Of a DNA stretch of 64,000 bases, positions 28,639-38,364 are shown piece after piece. The DNA comes from Candidatus Latescibacterota bacterium (lineage in GTDB: Bacteria > Latescibacterota > UBA2968 > GCA-2709665): assembly GCA_963662665.2 (NCBI GenBank), contig CAXXJS010000055.1:29084-93083 (forward strand), read 5' to 3'. A program made the translations under genes and the position numbers. The number at the start of each line of letters is the position of its first letter. Position 1 is the stretch's first letter. The notes beneath the pieces were generated by a model. It had not been told where the DNA came from. It made no database searches and saw only the letters and a list, made by a program, of their open reading frames with translations.

Positions 28639-29502
28639 TTGGACATCGACTATAGCGCGCCCGCCGTTCAGGCAAAGGACCTGACCAAGGTCTTCCGGGT
28701 GCCAGACAACGAGGCGGCAGGGGCGAACGGCTTCCTGGGCCGCTTCAGGCGCCGCCGCAGGGAAATCATGGCAATCGACCGGGTCGGGTTTGAGGTGCGG
28801 CGGGGGGAAATTTTCGGCATTCTGGGCCCGAATGGCTCGGGGAAGTCAACACTGATTCGAATCCTCTCAACCCTGGTCTTTCCCGACAGCGGCGAGGCCC
28901 GCGTTTTCGGGCTGCACGTCGAACGGGAGGCGATGCGGGTGAAGCGTCTCATAAACCGGGTGTCGGTAGACGCGGCCTTTTTCAAGAAACTCTCGGCGTG
29001 GGAAAACCTGAGTTACGCGGCCCGGTTGTACGGAGTTCCGGTGCGCGAGGGGCGGAGGAAGGCCGAAGCGATTCTGGGAGAAATGGGGTTCGGAGACGAC
29101 CGAATGGACCAGCCCGTGGAGGACCTTTCGCGCGGAATGCAACAGAAGGTGGCGGTAGCCCGAGCGCTCTTTACGTCGCCCGTTCTCCTGCTGATGGACG
29201 AGCCGACGACCGGATTGGACCCGGTATCAAAGCGCCAGGTGCAGGATTACGTCATGGGGATTCGCGAGCGCCATGAAGCAACGGTACTGTTAACAACCCA
29301 CGACATGGACGAGGCGGAACGGGTGTGCAACCGGGTGTCGATTATTCACCATGGACGATTTATCGCCATGGGCACCGTAGAAGAACTTAAGGTCCGCGCC
29401 GGCTGCGTGGGGGGCAGTCTGGAGGAGGTGTTTTTCAAGATGACGGGAATGGATCTTGCCCACGCCGATCTGGAAGACGAAACGGAAGGAGACGGAGTAT
29501 GA
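28639..29502 (+). CDS. ABC-2 type transporter ATP-binding protein
   Basis: GPNGSGKS, LSRGMQQ, DEPTTGLDP and TTH motifs. Confidence 0.92.
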   Translation: MDIDYSAPAVQAKDLTKVFRVPDNEAAGANGFLGRFRRRRREIMAIDRVGFEVRRGEIFGILGPNGSGKSTLIRILSTLVFPDSGEARVFGLHVEREAMRVKRLINRVSVDAAFFKKLSAWENLSYAARLYGVPVREGRRKAEAILGEMGFGDDRMDQPVEDLSRGMQQKVAVARALFTSPVLLLMDEPTTGLDPVSKRQVQDYVMGIRERHEATVLLTTHDMDEAERVCNRVSIIHHGRFIAMGTVEELKVRAGCVGGSLEEVFFKMTGMDLAHADLEDETEGDGV

Positions 29503-30317
29503 ACCCGGTGACCGCCGAGATCAAGGCGTCGGTCGCGTTTATAGAGCGGAACTTCAACCTGGCGAGGCGGTACGCAAGCTGGGAATTGATATTTGTCGTC
29601 TGGAACGTGGTGCACGCGCTGACCATTGGCTTGATCGGGGTGTATATGGGTGGAAACGATCCGGTAAAAGTGCGGGAGGCCGTGCTCTTTCTGATCGTCG
29701 GCGCGGTACTCTGGAATTTTCTTCGTCTGCTTTTTTTTGAGGTTGCCGACGCCGTTGCGTGGGAGCGTTGGGAGGGGACCATCGAATACACGTTTATGTC
29801 GCCCGTCTACAGACTGACGCACCTCGCCGGTCAATGCGTGTACGCGATCATCTACGGGTTCCTCAGATCCGGTGTGGTTCTCGTCTCGGCGGTATTCTTT
29901 TTCAATCTGAGCCTTTCGGATGCGAACCTGACCACAGCGGTTGCCGTCCTGGCCACGGCCAGTCTCTCATTCCTGGGAATGGGGCTGATGGCGGCCGTAT
30001 TTCCGCTTCTTTCACCGGAGAAAGGGGCGCGGGCCACCGATATTTTCGGCACCCTGGTGCTCCTGATTTCCGGTGTGTACTACGATGTTTCGGTACTTCC
30101 GGACTGGCTGCGGCCGCTGTCGACCTTTTCGCCCGGGACCTATGCGCTCCGATCTATCCGCACGGCGCTGTTGAACAACGCGAGTGTCGCCGACGTGCAG
30201 GGCGACCTCATTATCCTGACCATTTCAGGTGTAATCATGGTTCCCCTGGGATTGTGGACTTTTCATATAGCCGAGGTCTACGCCAAACGGACCGGTCGGC
30301 TGAAGCGTAGCGGGTGA
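29499..30317 (+). CDS. ABC-2 type transporter permease
   Basis: ERWEGTIE and SGVYY...LPDWL motifs; six hydrophobic segments; ATGA overlap. Confidence 0.9.
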   Translation: MNPVTAEIKASVAFIERNFNLARRYASWELIFVVWNVVHALTIGLIGVYMGGNDPVKVREAVLFLIVGAVLWNFLRLLFFEVADAVAWERWEGTIEYTFMSPVYRLTHLAGQCVYAIIYGFLRSGVVLVSAVFFFNLSLSDANLTTAVAVLATASLSFLGMGLMAAVFPLLSPEKGARATDIFGTLVLLISGVYYDVSVLPDWLRPLSTFSPGTYALRSIRTALLNNASVADVQGDLIILTISGVIMVPLGLWTFHIAEVYAKRTGRLKRSG

Positions 30318-30432
30318 ACCCGCCGTCCTTACAGCCTTTATATTAATCTGGACAGTCTGGATTTTGTGTAAATGACCGAACACCTGTTGTCATGTCGTGT
30401 TGAGAACTTGAAAGGAAGGACGCATCGGAAGA

Positions 30433-31503
30433 TTGTACAAGCCTCAGGTCCGGGAATCGGCCGCGCTCCTGGCGGCCGCGGCAGTTGAAACCCACGAACG
30501 CGTTCTGGACCTGGGAATGGCCGGGCTTCCCGCAGGGCTTGACCTTAGTGCTGCCGGGATCCACTTTGTGAGTCCCGATCTGCGCGATTTGAGGCATTGT
30601 GAGACCATGATCAGGCGCAACGCATTGGACAATGCGTGCGGCTGGCTCGAAACCTCGCCCGATGACGTCACGGCGCCGTGTTTCGACGTCGTGCTGTACG
30701 CTCCCGCCAGGTGGGAGGCCAAGCTGCGTGTGTTCCATCTGATCGACGCGGCGTATCAGAAGTTGGCGATTCACGGTCGGTTGCTGATGGCGGGACGGCT
30801 GGGCGCCGGCGTAAGGAGCTATCGGAACCGGTTGGAGGAGGTCTTTGGTAACGTTGAGAAGGTTACGGCCAAATCGGGTTTTCGGATCTATAGGTCCTGC
30901 AAGCGGCGCACCGTCCCGGGCGCGGATCCCGTAAACCCGATGCATTCCTTCGTCGTGAACGACCTCTGCGGATCGGCCAGCGAATTCGAGTCGTGTGCAG
31001 GCGTATTCTCGTGCGACGGCCTGGATCCCGGTACCCGATTGCTGATGGAAACGGCCGGTGTCGAGGCGTGCGATCGCGTGCTGGACCTGGGATGCGGATA
31101 CGGAGCGGTTGGCATTGGCGCCGCGAAACGGGCGTGCGAGGTCCTGCTGGTGGATTCCAACCTGTTGGCGGTTCGATGCGCGAGGCGAAACATCGCCCGC
31201 CACCGGCTGGAAAACGCTCGGGTCGCCCTCAGCGACGCTTTCGAAGCCGCTTCAGGAAGGTCCTTCGATCTCATCCTGTGTAATGCGCCCACCCACCAGG
31301 GTGCCGCCACGGCCAGGCTGTTTACACACGGAGCAGCCCGACAGGTGGGTCCGCAGGGAAGATTCGTGGTTGTCGCGATGCGCCCCGGAATGTACCGCAA
31401 GCAGATGAAACGGTTTTTCGGCACGGTTGAAAAGCTGGGGTCACGTCTCGGGTACACCGTTCTATGTGCGAGTCGCCCGAACGCGGGTACACACTCGGAC
31501 TGA
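30433..31503 (+). CDS. RsmC-like class I SAM methyltransferase (two-domain)
   Basis: GVFS..GLDPGTRLL, VLDLGCGYG and NAPTH (variant of NPPFH). Confidence 0.8.
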   Translation: MYKPQVRESAALLAAAAVETHERVLDLGMAGLPAGLDLSAAGIHFVSPDLRDLRHCETMIRRNALDNACGWLETSPDDVTAPCFDVVLYAPARWEAKLRVFHLIDAAYQKLAIHGRLLMAGRLGAGVRSYRNRLEEVFGNVEKVTAKSGFRIYRSCKRRTVPGADPVNPMHSFVVNDLCGSASEFESCAGVFSCDGLDPGTRLLMETAGVEACDRVLDLGCGYGAVGIGAAKRACEVLLVDSNLLAVRCARRNIARHRLENARVALSDAFEAASGRSFDLILCNAPTHQGAATARLFTHGAARQVGPQGRFVVVAMRPGMYRKQMKRFFGTVEKLGSRLGYTVLCASRPNAGTHSD

Positions 31504-31598
31504 AATGTCGCGGATCACCGTGAATCCCAACCGGAAATGGAGGTCTTATTCTGCAAATGCAGGAGGGAAGGCGGCTGCGGCAGGCGCCCCGAAAAACC

Positions 31599-31629
31599 TT
31601 GACAACACGCCATTGAAGGATTATATCTT
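31599..31629 (+). promoter_or_regulatory. Probable promoter of the molybdoenzyme operon
   Basis: TTGACA followed by a TATATC/TATCTT AT-rich -10 region. Confidence 0.5.
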
Positions 31630-31683
31630 ACCCGCAATCTCAGGTCGTTTCAGGTGGTAATCAGTTGCCGTGAGATCCCCTAA

Positions 31684-31843
31684 CAGTCCGTTGATAAAGT
31701 CGCTCTGCAGGCGAGGCCGAGGCATTGTGGCCGAAGACAAGGCGCGCAACCGAGTCGAATCGAGCGATTCGGCGAGGGAGCGCAACGCAGTATTTCGACC
31801 GCAAGGGCCGGCCGTAGCCCGGATGGACTTTTTCAACGGGCTG
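31684..31843. mobile_element. MITE copy A (160 bp, intact)
   Basis: Terminal inverted repeats CAGTCCGTTGATAAAG / CTTTTTCAACGGGCTG; perfect 4-bp CTAA direct repeat on both sides. Confidence 0.92.
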
Positions 31844-31869
31844 CTAACAATGCACAGGAGGAGCGAACC

Positions 31870-32739
31870 TTGCAAGCGTTCGATTACGTAGCGCCGCAAA
31901 CCGTCGACGAAGCCGTCGCCGTACTCTCAGAAAACGGCTCGGATGCCAGAATGTTTGCGGGCGGTTCCGACATCATTGCTCAGTTGAAAGAGGGGCGACG
32001 CCAGGTGAGGGTTCTGGTGGACGTCAAGAAGATACCAGAGGCGAACGAACTCTCGTTCGATTCTCAGACCGGATTGACAATCGGCGCCGGCGTGTCTTGC
32101 TGCGACATCTACGAAAATGAGGACGTGGCGTCCAATTATCCGGCTCTTGTGGATTCCACCGCACTCATCGGCTCCATCCAGATCCAGGGCCGCGCAACGA
32201 TCGGTGGAAACCTGTGTAATGCGTCTCCGGCGGCGGATACCATTCCAACGCTGATCGTCCTGGGGGCCACCGCGAAAATTGCGGGTCCCGGCGGTACGCG
32301 AAACGTCGACGTGGAGGACTTCTGCACGGCGCCCGGGCAGTCCGTGTTGGAGGACGGCGAGTTTCTGGTTTCCGTCCATTTCCCGCCGCCCGCAGTCAAC
32401 TCCGGAGCCAAATTTCTCCGGTTTATTCCCCGAAACGAAATGGATATAGCCGTTGTCAACGCCGCGGCGTCGGTGGTGTTAAACGCCGAAAAGAACGCGT
32501 TCGAGTCCGCCAGGATCGCCGTGGGCGCCGTGGCGCCCATTCCTCTTTACCTGCCCGAAGCAGGGGCGGCCCTTGCGGGCAACGAAGTGGCGGATCAGAC
32601 GATCGAAGCGGCTGCCGAGATTGCCAGGCGAGCCGCCAGACCCATTACGGATATGCGCGGTACCATCGAGCAGCGAATTCACCTGGCTGGCGTACTGACC
32701 CGGCGCGCGGTCCGCGGCGCGGTGGAACGCGTACGTTAG
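31870..32739 (+). CDS. Xanthine dehydrogenase family FAD-binding subunit (CoxM-like)
   Basis: AGGSD, ATIGGNLCNASPAAD and ARIAVGAV motifs; AGGAGGAG RBS. Confidence 0.93.
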   Translation: MQAFDYVAPQTVDEAVAVLSENGSDARMFAGGSDIIAQLKEGRRQVRVLVDVKKIPEANELSFDSQTGLTIGAGVSCCDIYENEDVASNYPALVDSTALIGSIQIQGRATIGGNLCNASPAADTIPTLIVLGATAKIAGPGGTRNVDVEDFCTAPGQSVLEDGEFLVSVHFPPPAVNSGAKFLRFIPRNEMDIAVVNAAASVVLNAEKNAFESARIAVGAVAPIPLYLPEAGAALAGNEVADQTIEAAAEIARRAARPITDMRGTIEQRIHLAGVLTRRAVRGAVERVR

Positions 32740-32808
32740 CAGTCCGTTGACAGAGTCACAACGCAGAAGTACGGCCACAAGGGCCGGACGCACTCTTTCA
32801 GCGGGCTG
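32740..32808. mobile_element. MITE derivative E (69 bp)
   Basis: CAGTCCGTTGA...CAACGCAG...CAAGGGCCGG...TTTCAGCGGGCTG; flanks TTAG/TTTG, where the left TAG is a gene stop. Confidence 0.75.
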
Positions 32809-32865
32809 TTTGGTCGAGGTGTCTTGAATCTCCTGTCCCTACGCGAAAATAGGAGTCCGTATAAA

Positions 32866-33348
32866 ATGGCTGTTAAAGTTCATGTGACAACAACGATCAA
32901 CGGAGAAGAAGCCGAATTTCTGTGCGAGCCCCGGGATACGCTGTTGGACGTGCTTCGCGACAATCTGGGTCTCACGGGCTCGAAAGAGGGTTGCGGAAAC
33001 GGCAACTGCGGCGCCTGCAGCGTCATTGTAGACGGCCGTGTGATTAATTCCTGTCTCGCGCTGGGTGTTGAGGCACAGGGGTGTGAGATCACCACCATCG
33101 AGGGTGTGGCCACGTCAGAGGGGCTGCATCCGCTGCAGCAGAAATTCCTGGAGCATGCGGCGCTTCAGTGCGGAGTTTGTACGCCCGGGTTTATTGTGGC
33201 GGCGAAGGCGTTGCTGGATCGGGAACCGGACGTCGACGAACACCGGATTCGCCTCTGGCTGGCTGGAAATCTTTGCCGGTGCACGGGATACGACAAAATT
33301 GTCAGGGCGGTAATGGATACCGCCCGCACCATGAAGGAGACAGTCTGA
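32866..33348 (+). CDS. 2x[2Fe-2S] subunit (CoxS-like)
   Basis: GCGNGNCGAC, QCGVCTPG and GNLCRCTGY motifs. Confidence 0.95.
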   Translation: MAVKVHVTTTINGEEAEFLCEPRDTLLDVLRDNLGLTGSKEGCGNGNCGACSVIVDGRVINSCLALGVEAQGCEITTIEGVATSEGLHPLQQKFLEHAALQCGVCTPGFIVAAKALLDREPDVDEHRIRLWLAGNLCRCTGYDKIVRAVMDTARTMKETV

Positions 33349-35627
33349 TGCCAGCCGAGGATTTTCTCGGAATAAAAGAGTACAAGGTGCTGGGTACCCG
33401 GCCCATCAGGCACGATGGCGTTGACAAGGTCACCGGACGGGCAATATACGGAGCCGACGTCAGCATGTCCGGCCTGATCTACGGGAAAGTGCTGCGCAGT
33501 CCTCACGCCCATGCGCGTATTGTCTCCATACACACCGGCAGGGCGGAATCGCTCGATGGCGTGAAGGCGGTAGCTACCGTCGCCGATATCCCCATCCCGG
33601 AGAAAAAGGTGGAAGATCTGGGCGAGGGTGCGGCCAATATGGTGGATCTGCGCGCAAACGTACTGGCCGACGGAAAGGTGGTCTACGACGGCCACGCCGT
33701 AGCCGCCGTGGCGGCAACAAGTTCGCATATCGCCGAAAAGGCGCTGGGACTGATCGATGTGGAGTACGAAGTCCTTGAGCCGTTGCTGGACGTGCGTGCG
33801 GCAATGAAACCGGACTCGCCGCTCCTGCACGACGCGCTGACCACCGAATCGCTCGGAGAAGACACCGGTACGGCAAGCAATATCGCCACGCACTTTCAGC
33901 ACAAGTTGGGAGACACCCGGCAGGCCTTCGCCAGGGCCGACGTAGTAATCGAAAAAGAGTTCTTCACCGACACGGTGCACCAGGGTTACATCGAACCTCA
34001 GAATGCAACGGCACTCTGGAATCCTGACGGGCGCATCACGGTCTGGTGCAGCACCCAGGGCTCGTTTACGGTACGCGAGCAACTTGCGGGGCTGCTGCAG
34101 GTATCGCCCGTGAATATCCGCGTAATTCCCACCGAAATCGGCGGTGGATTCGGCGGAAAGATCAGGGTTTACCTGGAGCCCGTGGCGGCGATTCTGTCCA
34201 GAAAGTCGGGCCATCCGGTAAAAATGGTGATGAACCGCGACGAAGTGTTGCGGGCCACCGGCCCCACGCCCGGATCGTACATACGTGCAAAGATGGGAGC
34301 CACAAACGAGGGTAAGCTGGTGGCGGCCGAGGCCTACCTGGCCTACGAGTCGGGCGGATTCGCTGGCACGTGGGCCGAACCGGGAGCCATGTGTATCTTC
34401 GCCCCGTACGATATCGAAAACGTGACCATCGATGGGTACAACGTGGTCGTCAATAAACCGCAGACAATGGCTTACAGAGCCCCGGGCGCCACGAACGCGG
34501 CGTTTGCGTCAGAGACCATTGTAGACGAGATTTGTGAGCGGCTGGGCGAGGATCCGCTCGAGTTCCGATTGAAAAACTCGGCGAAGGAAGGTACGCGGCG
34601 GGCAGACGGGCCCACGTTTCCGCGCGTCGGCCACCAGGAAGTTCTGCGGGCGGCGATGGCAAGCGACCACTACAATGCGCCTCTCCAGGGCAAGAACCGG
34701 GGCCGCGGCGTGGCTTCCGGCTTCTGGTTCAACGTGGGACTCAAGTCCAGCGCGTGCGCGTCGGTAAATACAGACGGCACCGTCAGCCTGGTCGAGGGGT
34801 CTACCGATATCGGCGGCACGCGAACCTCGGTGGCGATGCAACTCGCCGAACCCCTGGGAATCCCCGCCGAAGACGTCAATCCCGTGGTGGCGGATACCGA
34901 CGGCGTGGGGGAGACCGACGTCACCGGCGGAAGCCGGGTTACGTTCGCCACGGGTTGGGCGGCCTACAACGCCGCGCAGGACATCATTGCACAAATGGTC
35001 GACCGCGCGGCGAAATACTGGGAGATTTCCCCTGACGACGTTGCCTTTGAAGACGGCACGTTCAAATCCATGTCTGATCCGTCGAAGTCGCTGACATTCA
35101 AGGAATTATCCGGAAAACTCAATGAGACGGGCGGTCCCGTTGTCGGGCGCGCGACCGTCGACCCGCAAGGGGTTGGAGGCGCATTTTCCCTGATGATCGC
35201 CGACGTCGAAACCGATCCGGATACGGGAAAGGTGGACGTTCTACGGGTCACCATGGTGCAGGACGCAGGCAAGGCCGTCCATCCCGCATATGTCGAGGGT
35301 CAGATGCAGGGGGGCGCGGCCCAGGGGATCGGATGGGGCCTGAACGAAGAGTATTGGTACAGCAAAGACGGCGAGTTGACCAATGCCAGCCTTCTGGACT
35401 ACCGGATGCCGACGTGCCTGGACCTGCCAATGATTGAAACCATAATAGTAGAAGTTCCCAATCCCGGGCATCCCTACGGTGTGCGCGGCGTCGGGGAGGC
35501 ACCCATCGTACCGCCCCCGGCGGCACTGGCCAATGCCATCTACCGTGCCGCGGGCGTCCGGATGAACGTATTGCCAATGTCCCCAGGCAACCTGCTCAAA
35601 GCGCTTTGGAATAAGAACGGTTCATAA
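33348..35627 (+). CDS. Xanthine dehydrogenase family molybdopterin-binding subunit 1
   Basis: GGGFGGK, AYRAPG, GGSR, GQMQGG and RGVGE motifs. Confidence 0.93.
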   Translation: MPAEDFLGIKEYKVLGTRPIRHDGVDKVTGRAIYGADVSMSGLIYGKVLRSPHAHARIVSIHTGRAESLDGVKAVATVADIPIPEKKVEDLGEGAANMVDLRANVLADGKVVYDGHAVAAVAATSSHIAEKALGLIDVEYEVLEPLLDVRAAMKPDSPLLHDALTTESLGEDTGTASNIATHFQHKLGDTRQAFARADVVIEKEFFTDTVHQGYIEPQNATALWNPDGRITVWCSTQGSFTVREQLAGLLQVSPVNIRVIPTEIGGGFGGKIRVYLEPVAAILSRKSGHPVKMVMNRDEVLRATGPTPGSYIRAKMGATNEGKLVAAEAYLAYESGGFAGTWAEPGAMCIFAPYDIENVTIDGYNVVVNKPQTMAYRAPGATNAAFASETIVDEICERLGEDPLEFRLKNSAKEGTRRADGPTFPRVGHQEVLRAAMASDHYNAPLQGKNRGRGVASGFWFNVGLKSSACASVNTDGTVSLVEGSTDIGGTRTSVAMQLAEPLGIPAEDVNPVVADTDGVGETDVTGGSRVTFATGWAAYNAAQDIIAQMVDRAAKYWEISPDDVAFEDGTFKSMSDPSKSLTFKELSGKLNETGGPVVGRATVDPQGVGGAFSLMIADVETDPDTGKVDVLRVTMVQDAGKAVHPAYVEGQMQGGAAQGIGWGLNEEYWYSKDGELTNASLLDYRMPTCLDLPMIETIIVEVPNPGHPYGVRGVGEAPIVPPPAALANAIYRAAGVRMNVLPMSPGNLLKALWNKNGS

Positions 35628-35689
35628 GGAGCGTGGTGCGCGTGCTCAAGGAGCGGCGCCGCGCGTTCATTTCCGGAGATCAGATCACA

Positions 35690-37993
35690 ATGGCGACAAA
35701 GACTGAAGACTATCTTGGCGTTGACAATTACAACGTCGTGGGAACGCGGCCAATTCGACACGATGGCACGGATAAAGTGACGGGACGCGCGAAGTACGGC
35801 GCGGATACCCATACGTCCGGCGTCCTGATCGGAAAGACGCTCCGCAGCCCGCACGCGCACGCCCGTATTCTGTCCATCGATACGCGCGCGGCCGAAGCGC
35901 TTGCGGGCGTGAAGGCCGTCATGACGGGCGCCCACCTCGCGCTGCACTACGAAGACAAAGTAGCGAACATCGGAGAGGGCTCCGTAAGTCTTCCCCACCT
36001 GGTTACAAACGTGTTGGCATCCGACAAAGTGCTCTACGAGGGGCATGCCGTTGCCGCCGTGGCCGCAACGTCGGCCCACGTAGCCGAAGAGGCCCTGGAT
36101 CTGATCAGCGTGGAGTACGAAGTCCTGGAGCCGGTGCTGGACGTCCGTCCCGCTATGGAAGACGGCGCGCCACTCCTGCACGAATCCCTGAGAATGAGGT
36201 CCCTGGGTCAAGCCACAGACAAGCCTGGAAACATCGCCAGCCACTTCCAGCATTCCCTGGGCGACGTCGATGCCGGATTTGCACAAGCGGACGTCGTCGT
36301 TGAACGGGAGTTCAGCACCCAGACGGTGCATCAGGGCTATATAGAACCCCACAACGTCACGGCCCATTGGAATCTGGACGGTCAGATCACGATCTGGACG
36401 AGCACGCAGGGGCCGTTCGAGGTGCGCGACCAGGTTGCGGACATACTGGGCGTGCCCGCCTCCACCGTACGCGTGGTGCCGGCCGAGATCGGCGGCGGAT
36501 TCGGAGGAAAGTTTCGTGTTTACCAGGAACCAACGGCCGCTCTGATGTCCCGAATGACGGGCAAGCCCGTAAAGATGGTGATGAGCCGGACCGAAGTCCT
36601 GAAGGCAACGGGCCCCACTCCGGGTTCCTACATGACGGTGAAGATGGGCGCGACAAACGACGGCAGGCTGGTCGCCGCGCAGGCGTATCTGGCCTATGAG
36701 GCGGGGGCCTATCCAGGTTCGCCCGTGGGCGCCGGAGCCGGGTGTATTTTTTCTCCCTACGACATTCCCAACGTGGTCATCGACGGATACGACGTGGTTG
36801 TGAACAAGCCGCAGACCTCGGCATACCGCGCCCCTGGCGCCACCAACGGCGCGTTCGCCGCCGAGACGGTTATCGATGAAATCTGCGAAATTCTCAACAG
36901 CGACCCGCTCGAGTTTCGCCTGAAAAATACCGCCAGGGAAGGCAGCCGGCGGGCGGACGGTCCGGTTTTTCCGCGCATAGGCCACGATGAATGCGTGAAA
37001 GCGGCGATGACGTCAGACCATTACCAATCCAGGCTCGAAGGTCCCAATCGGGGTCGCGGTGTGGCTTCGGGGTTCTGGTTCAACGGGGGCGGGACCTCTA
37101 CGGTTGTGGTCAGCGTAAATGCCGACGGGACGGTCAGTCTGGTGGAGGGTTCGCCGGATATCGGGGGCACACGTACGTCCATAGCGATGCAGGTCGCAGA
37201 GGTGCTGGGCGTCCCCGCCGCGCAGGTCAAACCCATGGTTGTGGATACCGATGCCATCGGGCAGACGGATGGTACCGGCGGCAGCCGCGTGACATTTGCC
37301 ACGGGGTGGGCGGGTTACGAGGCGGCTGAGGACGCAAAACGCCAGATGATCGCCAGGGCGGCCAGATTGTGGGAGATATCCGAGGAGGACGTGGTTTTTG
37401 ACGGCGGGGAATTCAAATCCAGATCTGACCCTGAAAAAGCAATCCCGTTCACGGAACTGGCGGGTAAGCTGGGTGCCACGGGCGGCCCTGTGGTTGGGCG
37501 GGCGGCGGTGTCGGGAAAGGCGGCGGGGCCGGCCTACGCCGTTGTGGTCGTGGACGTGGAAGTCGATCCTGAAACCGGTAAGGTTGACATACTCAGGGTG
37601 ACCATCGTACAGGATGCGGGCAAAGCCATACATCCCGCGTACGTGGAAGGACAGATGCAGGGTGGGGTCGCGCAGGGAATCGGATGGGCCCTGAACGAAG
37701 AGTACTTCTACAACGAAGCAGGCGATCTGGTCAACGCCAGCCTTCTGGATTACCGGATGCCCACCTCTCTGGATCTGCCGATGATCGAAACGGTGATTGT
37801 CGAGGTACCGAATCCCGGCCACCCATACGGGGTGCGGGGTGTGGGCGAGGTGCCAATTGTTCCGCCGCCGGCCGCTGTGGCGAATGCGATCTACCACGCG
37901 GTGGGGGTGCGTTTGCGCGACCTGCCCATGTCCCCCGGGCGTGTTTTGAGTACCCTGTTGTACAACGGCGGCGGGGGCAACGGGAAAGGGTGA
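35690..37993 (+). CDS. Xanthine dehydrogenase family molybdopterin-binding subunit 2 (tandem paralogue)
   Basis: Same motifs, colinear with subunit 1. Confidence 0.93.
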   Translation: MATKTEDYLGVDNYNVVGTRPIRHDGTDKVTGRAKYGADTHTSGVLIGKTLRSPHAHARILSIDTRAAEALAGVKAVMTGAHLALHYEDKVANIGEGSVSLPHLVTNVLASDKVLYEGHAVAAVAATSAHVAEEALDLISVEYEVLEPVLDVRPAMEDGAPLLHESLRMRSLGQATDKPGNIASHFQHSLGDVDAGFAQADVVVEREFSTQTVHQGYIEPHNVTAHWNLDGQITIWTSTQGPFEVRDQVADILGVPASTVRVVPAEIGGGFGGKFRVYQEPTAALMSRMTGKPVKMVMSRTEVLKATGPTPGSYMTVKMGATNDGRLVAAQAYLAYEAGAYPGSPVGAGAGCIFSPYDIPNVVIDGYDVVVNKPQTSAYRAPGATNGAFAAETVIDEICEILNSDPLEFRLKNTAREGSRRADGPVFPRIGHDECVKAAMTSDHYQSRLEGPNRGRGVASGFWFNGGGTSTVVVSVNADGTVSLVEGSPDIGGTRTSIAMQVAEVLGVPAAQVKPMVVDTDAIGQTDGTGGSRVTFATGWAGYEAAEDAKRQMIARAARLWEISEEDVVFDGGEFKSRSDPEKAIPFTELAGKLGATGGPVVGRAAVSGKAAGPAYAVVVVDVEVDPETGKVDILRVTIVQDAGKAIHPAYVEGQMQGGVAQGIGWALNEEYFYNEAGDLVNASLLDYRMPTSLDLPMIETVIVEVPNPGHPYGVRGVGEVPIVPPPAAVANAIYHAVGVRLRDLPMSPGRVLSTLLYNGGGGNGKG

Positions 37994-37996
37994 GCC

Positions 37997-38263
37997 ATGC
38001 CGGAGGTCTGGATACCGTCGTTGATGCGTGGTCTGACCGACGGTCAGGAGCAGGTTCGGGTTCACGGACAGACGATTCGTGAGGTCATTCAGAACCTCGA
38101 GGCGAGGTTTCCGGGAATCAGGGACCGGATCTGCGACGGAGACCGCGTCAAGCCCGGGTTGGCGGTTGCCATAGACGGAGTTGTAAGCAACGACGGGATG
38201 CGACAGGCGGTAGCGGGAGAGAGCGAGGTTCACTTTGTGACCGCCATAAGCGGCGGTCACTAA
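37997..38263 (+). CDS. MoaD/ThiS family ubiquitin-like protein
   Basis: VWIPSLMR, LEARFPG, VAIDG and C-terminal AISGGH. Confidence 0.88.
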   Translation: MPEVWIPSLMRGLTDGQEQVRVHGQTIREVIQNLEARFPGIRDRICDGDRVKPGLAVAIDGVVSNDGMRQAVAGESEVHFVTAISGGH

Positions 38264-38286
38264 CGAAAATTTGTCAAGCCTATGTC

Positions 38287-38325
38287 GGCCAGCGGTTTAC
38301 ACTCTAGCCGCTGGCTGTTTCTTTT
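38287..38325 (+). terminator. Probable terminator of the molybdoenzyme operon
   Basis: GGCCAGCGGT ... GCCGCTGGCT followed by GTTTCTTTT. Confidence 0.6.
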
Positions 38326-38364
38326 GTCGGGCGTACCTGCGTCTGCCATTATCTGCCAGTAAAT

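Noticed and set aside
31621-31899. Near-identical short ORFs (SPLIKSLCRRG..., KKSIRATAG...) at 12.9, 31.7 and 52.5 kb suggesting a repeated small protein or in-frame insertion element
   Set aside because: They are translations of the MITE. Element plus target duplication is 164 bp, not a multiple of 3, and no copy lies inside a real CDS.
31870-37993. Aerobic CO dehydrogenase (coxMSL)
   Set aside because: Both large subunits have AYRAPG, not the form I AYxCSFR motif.
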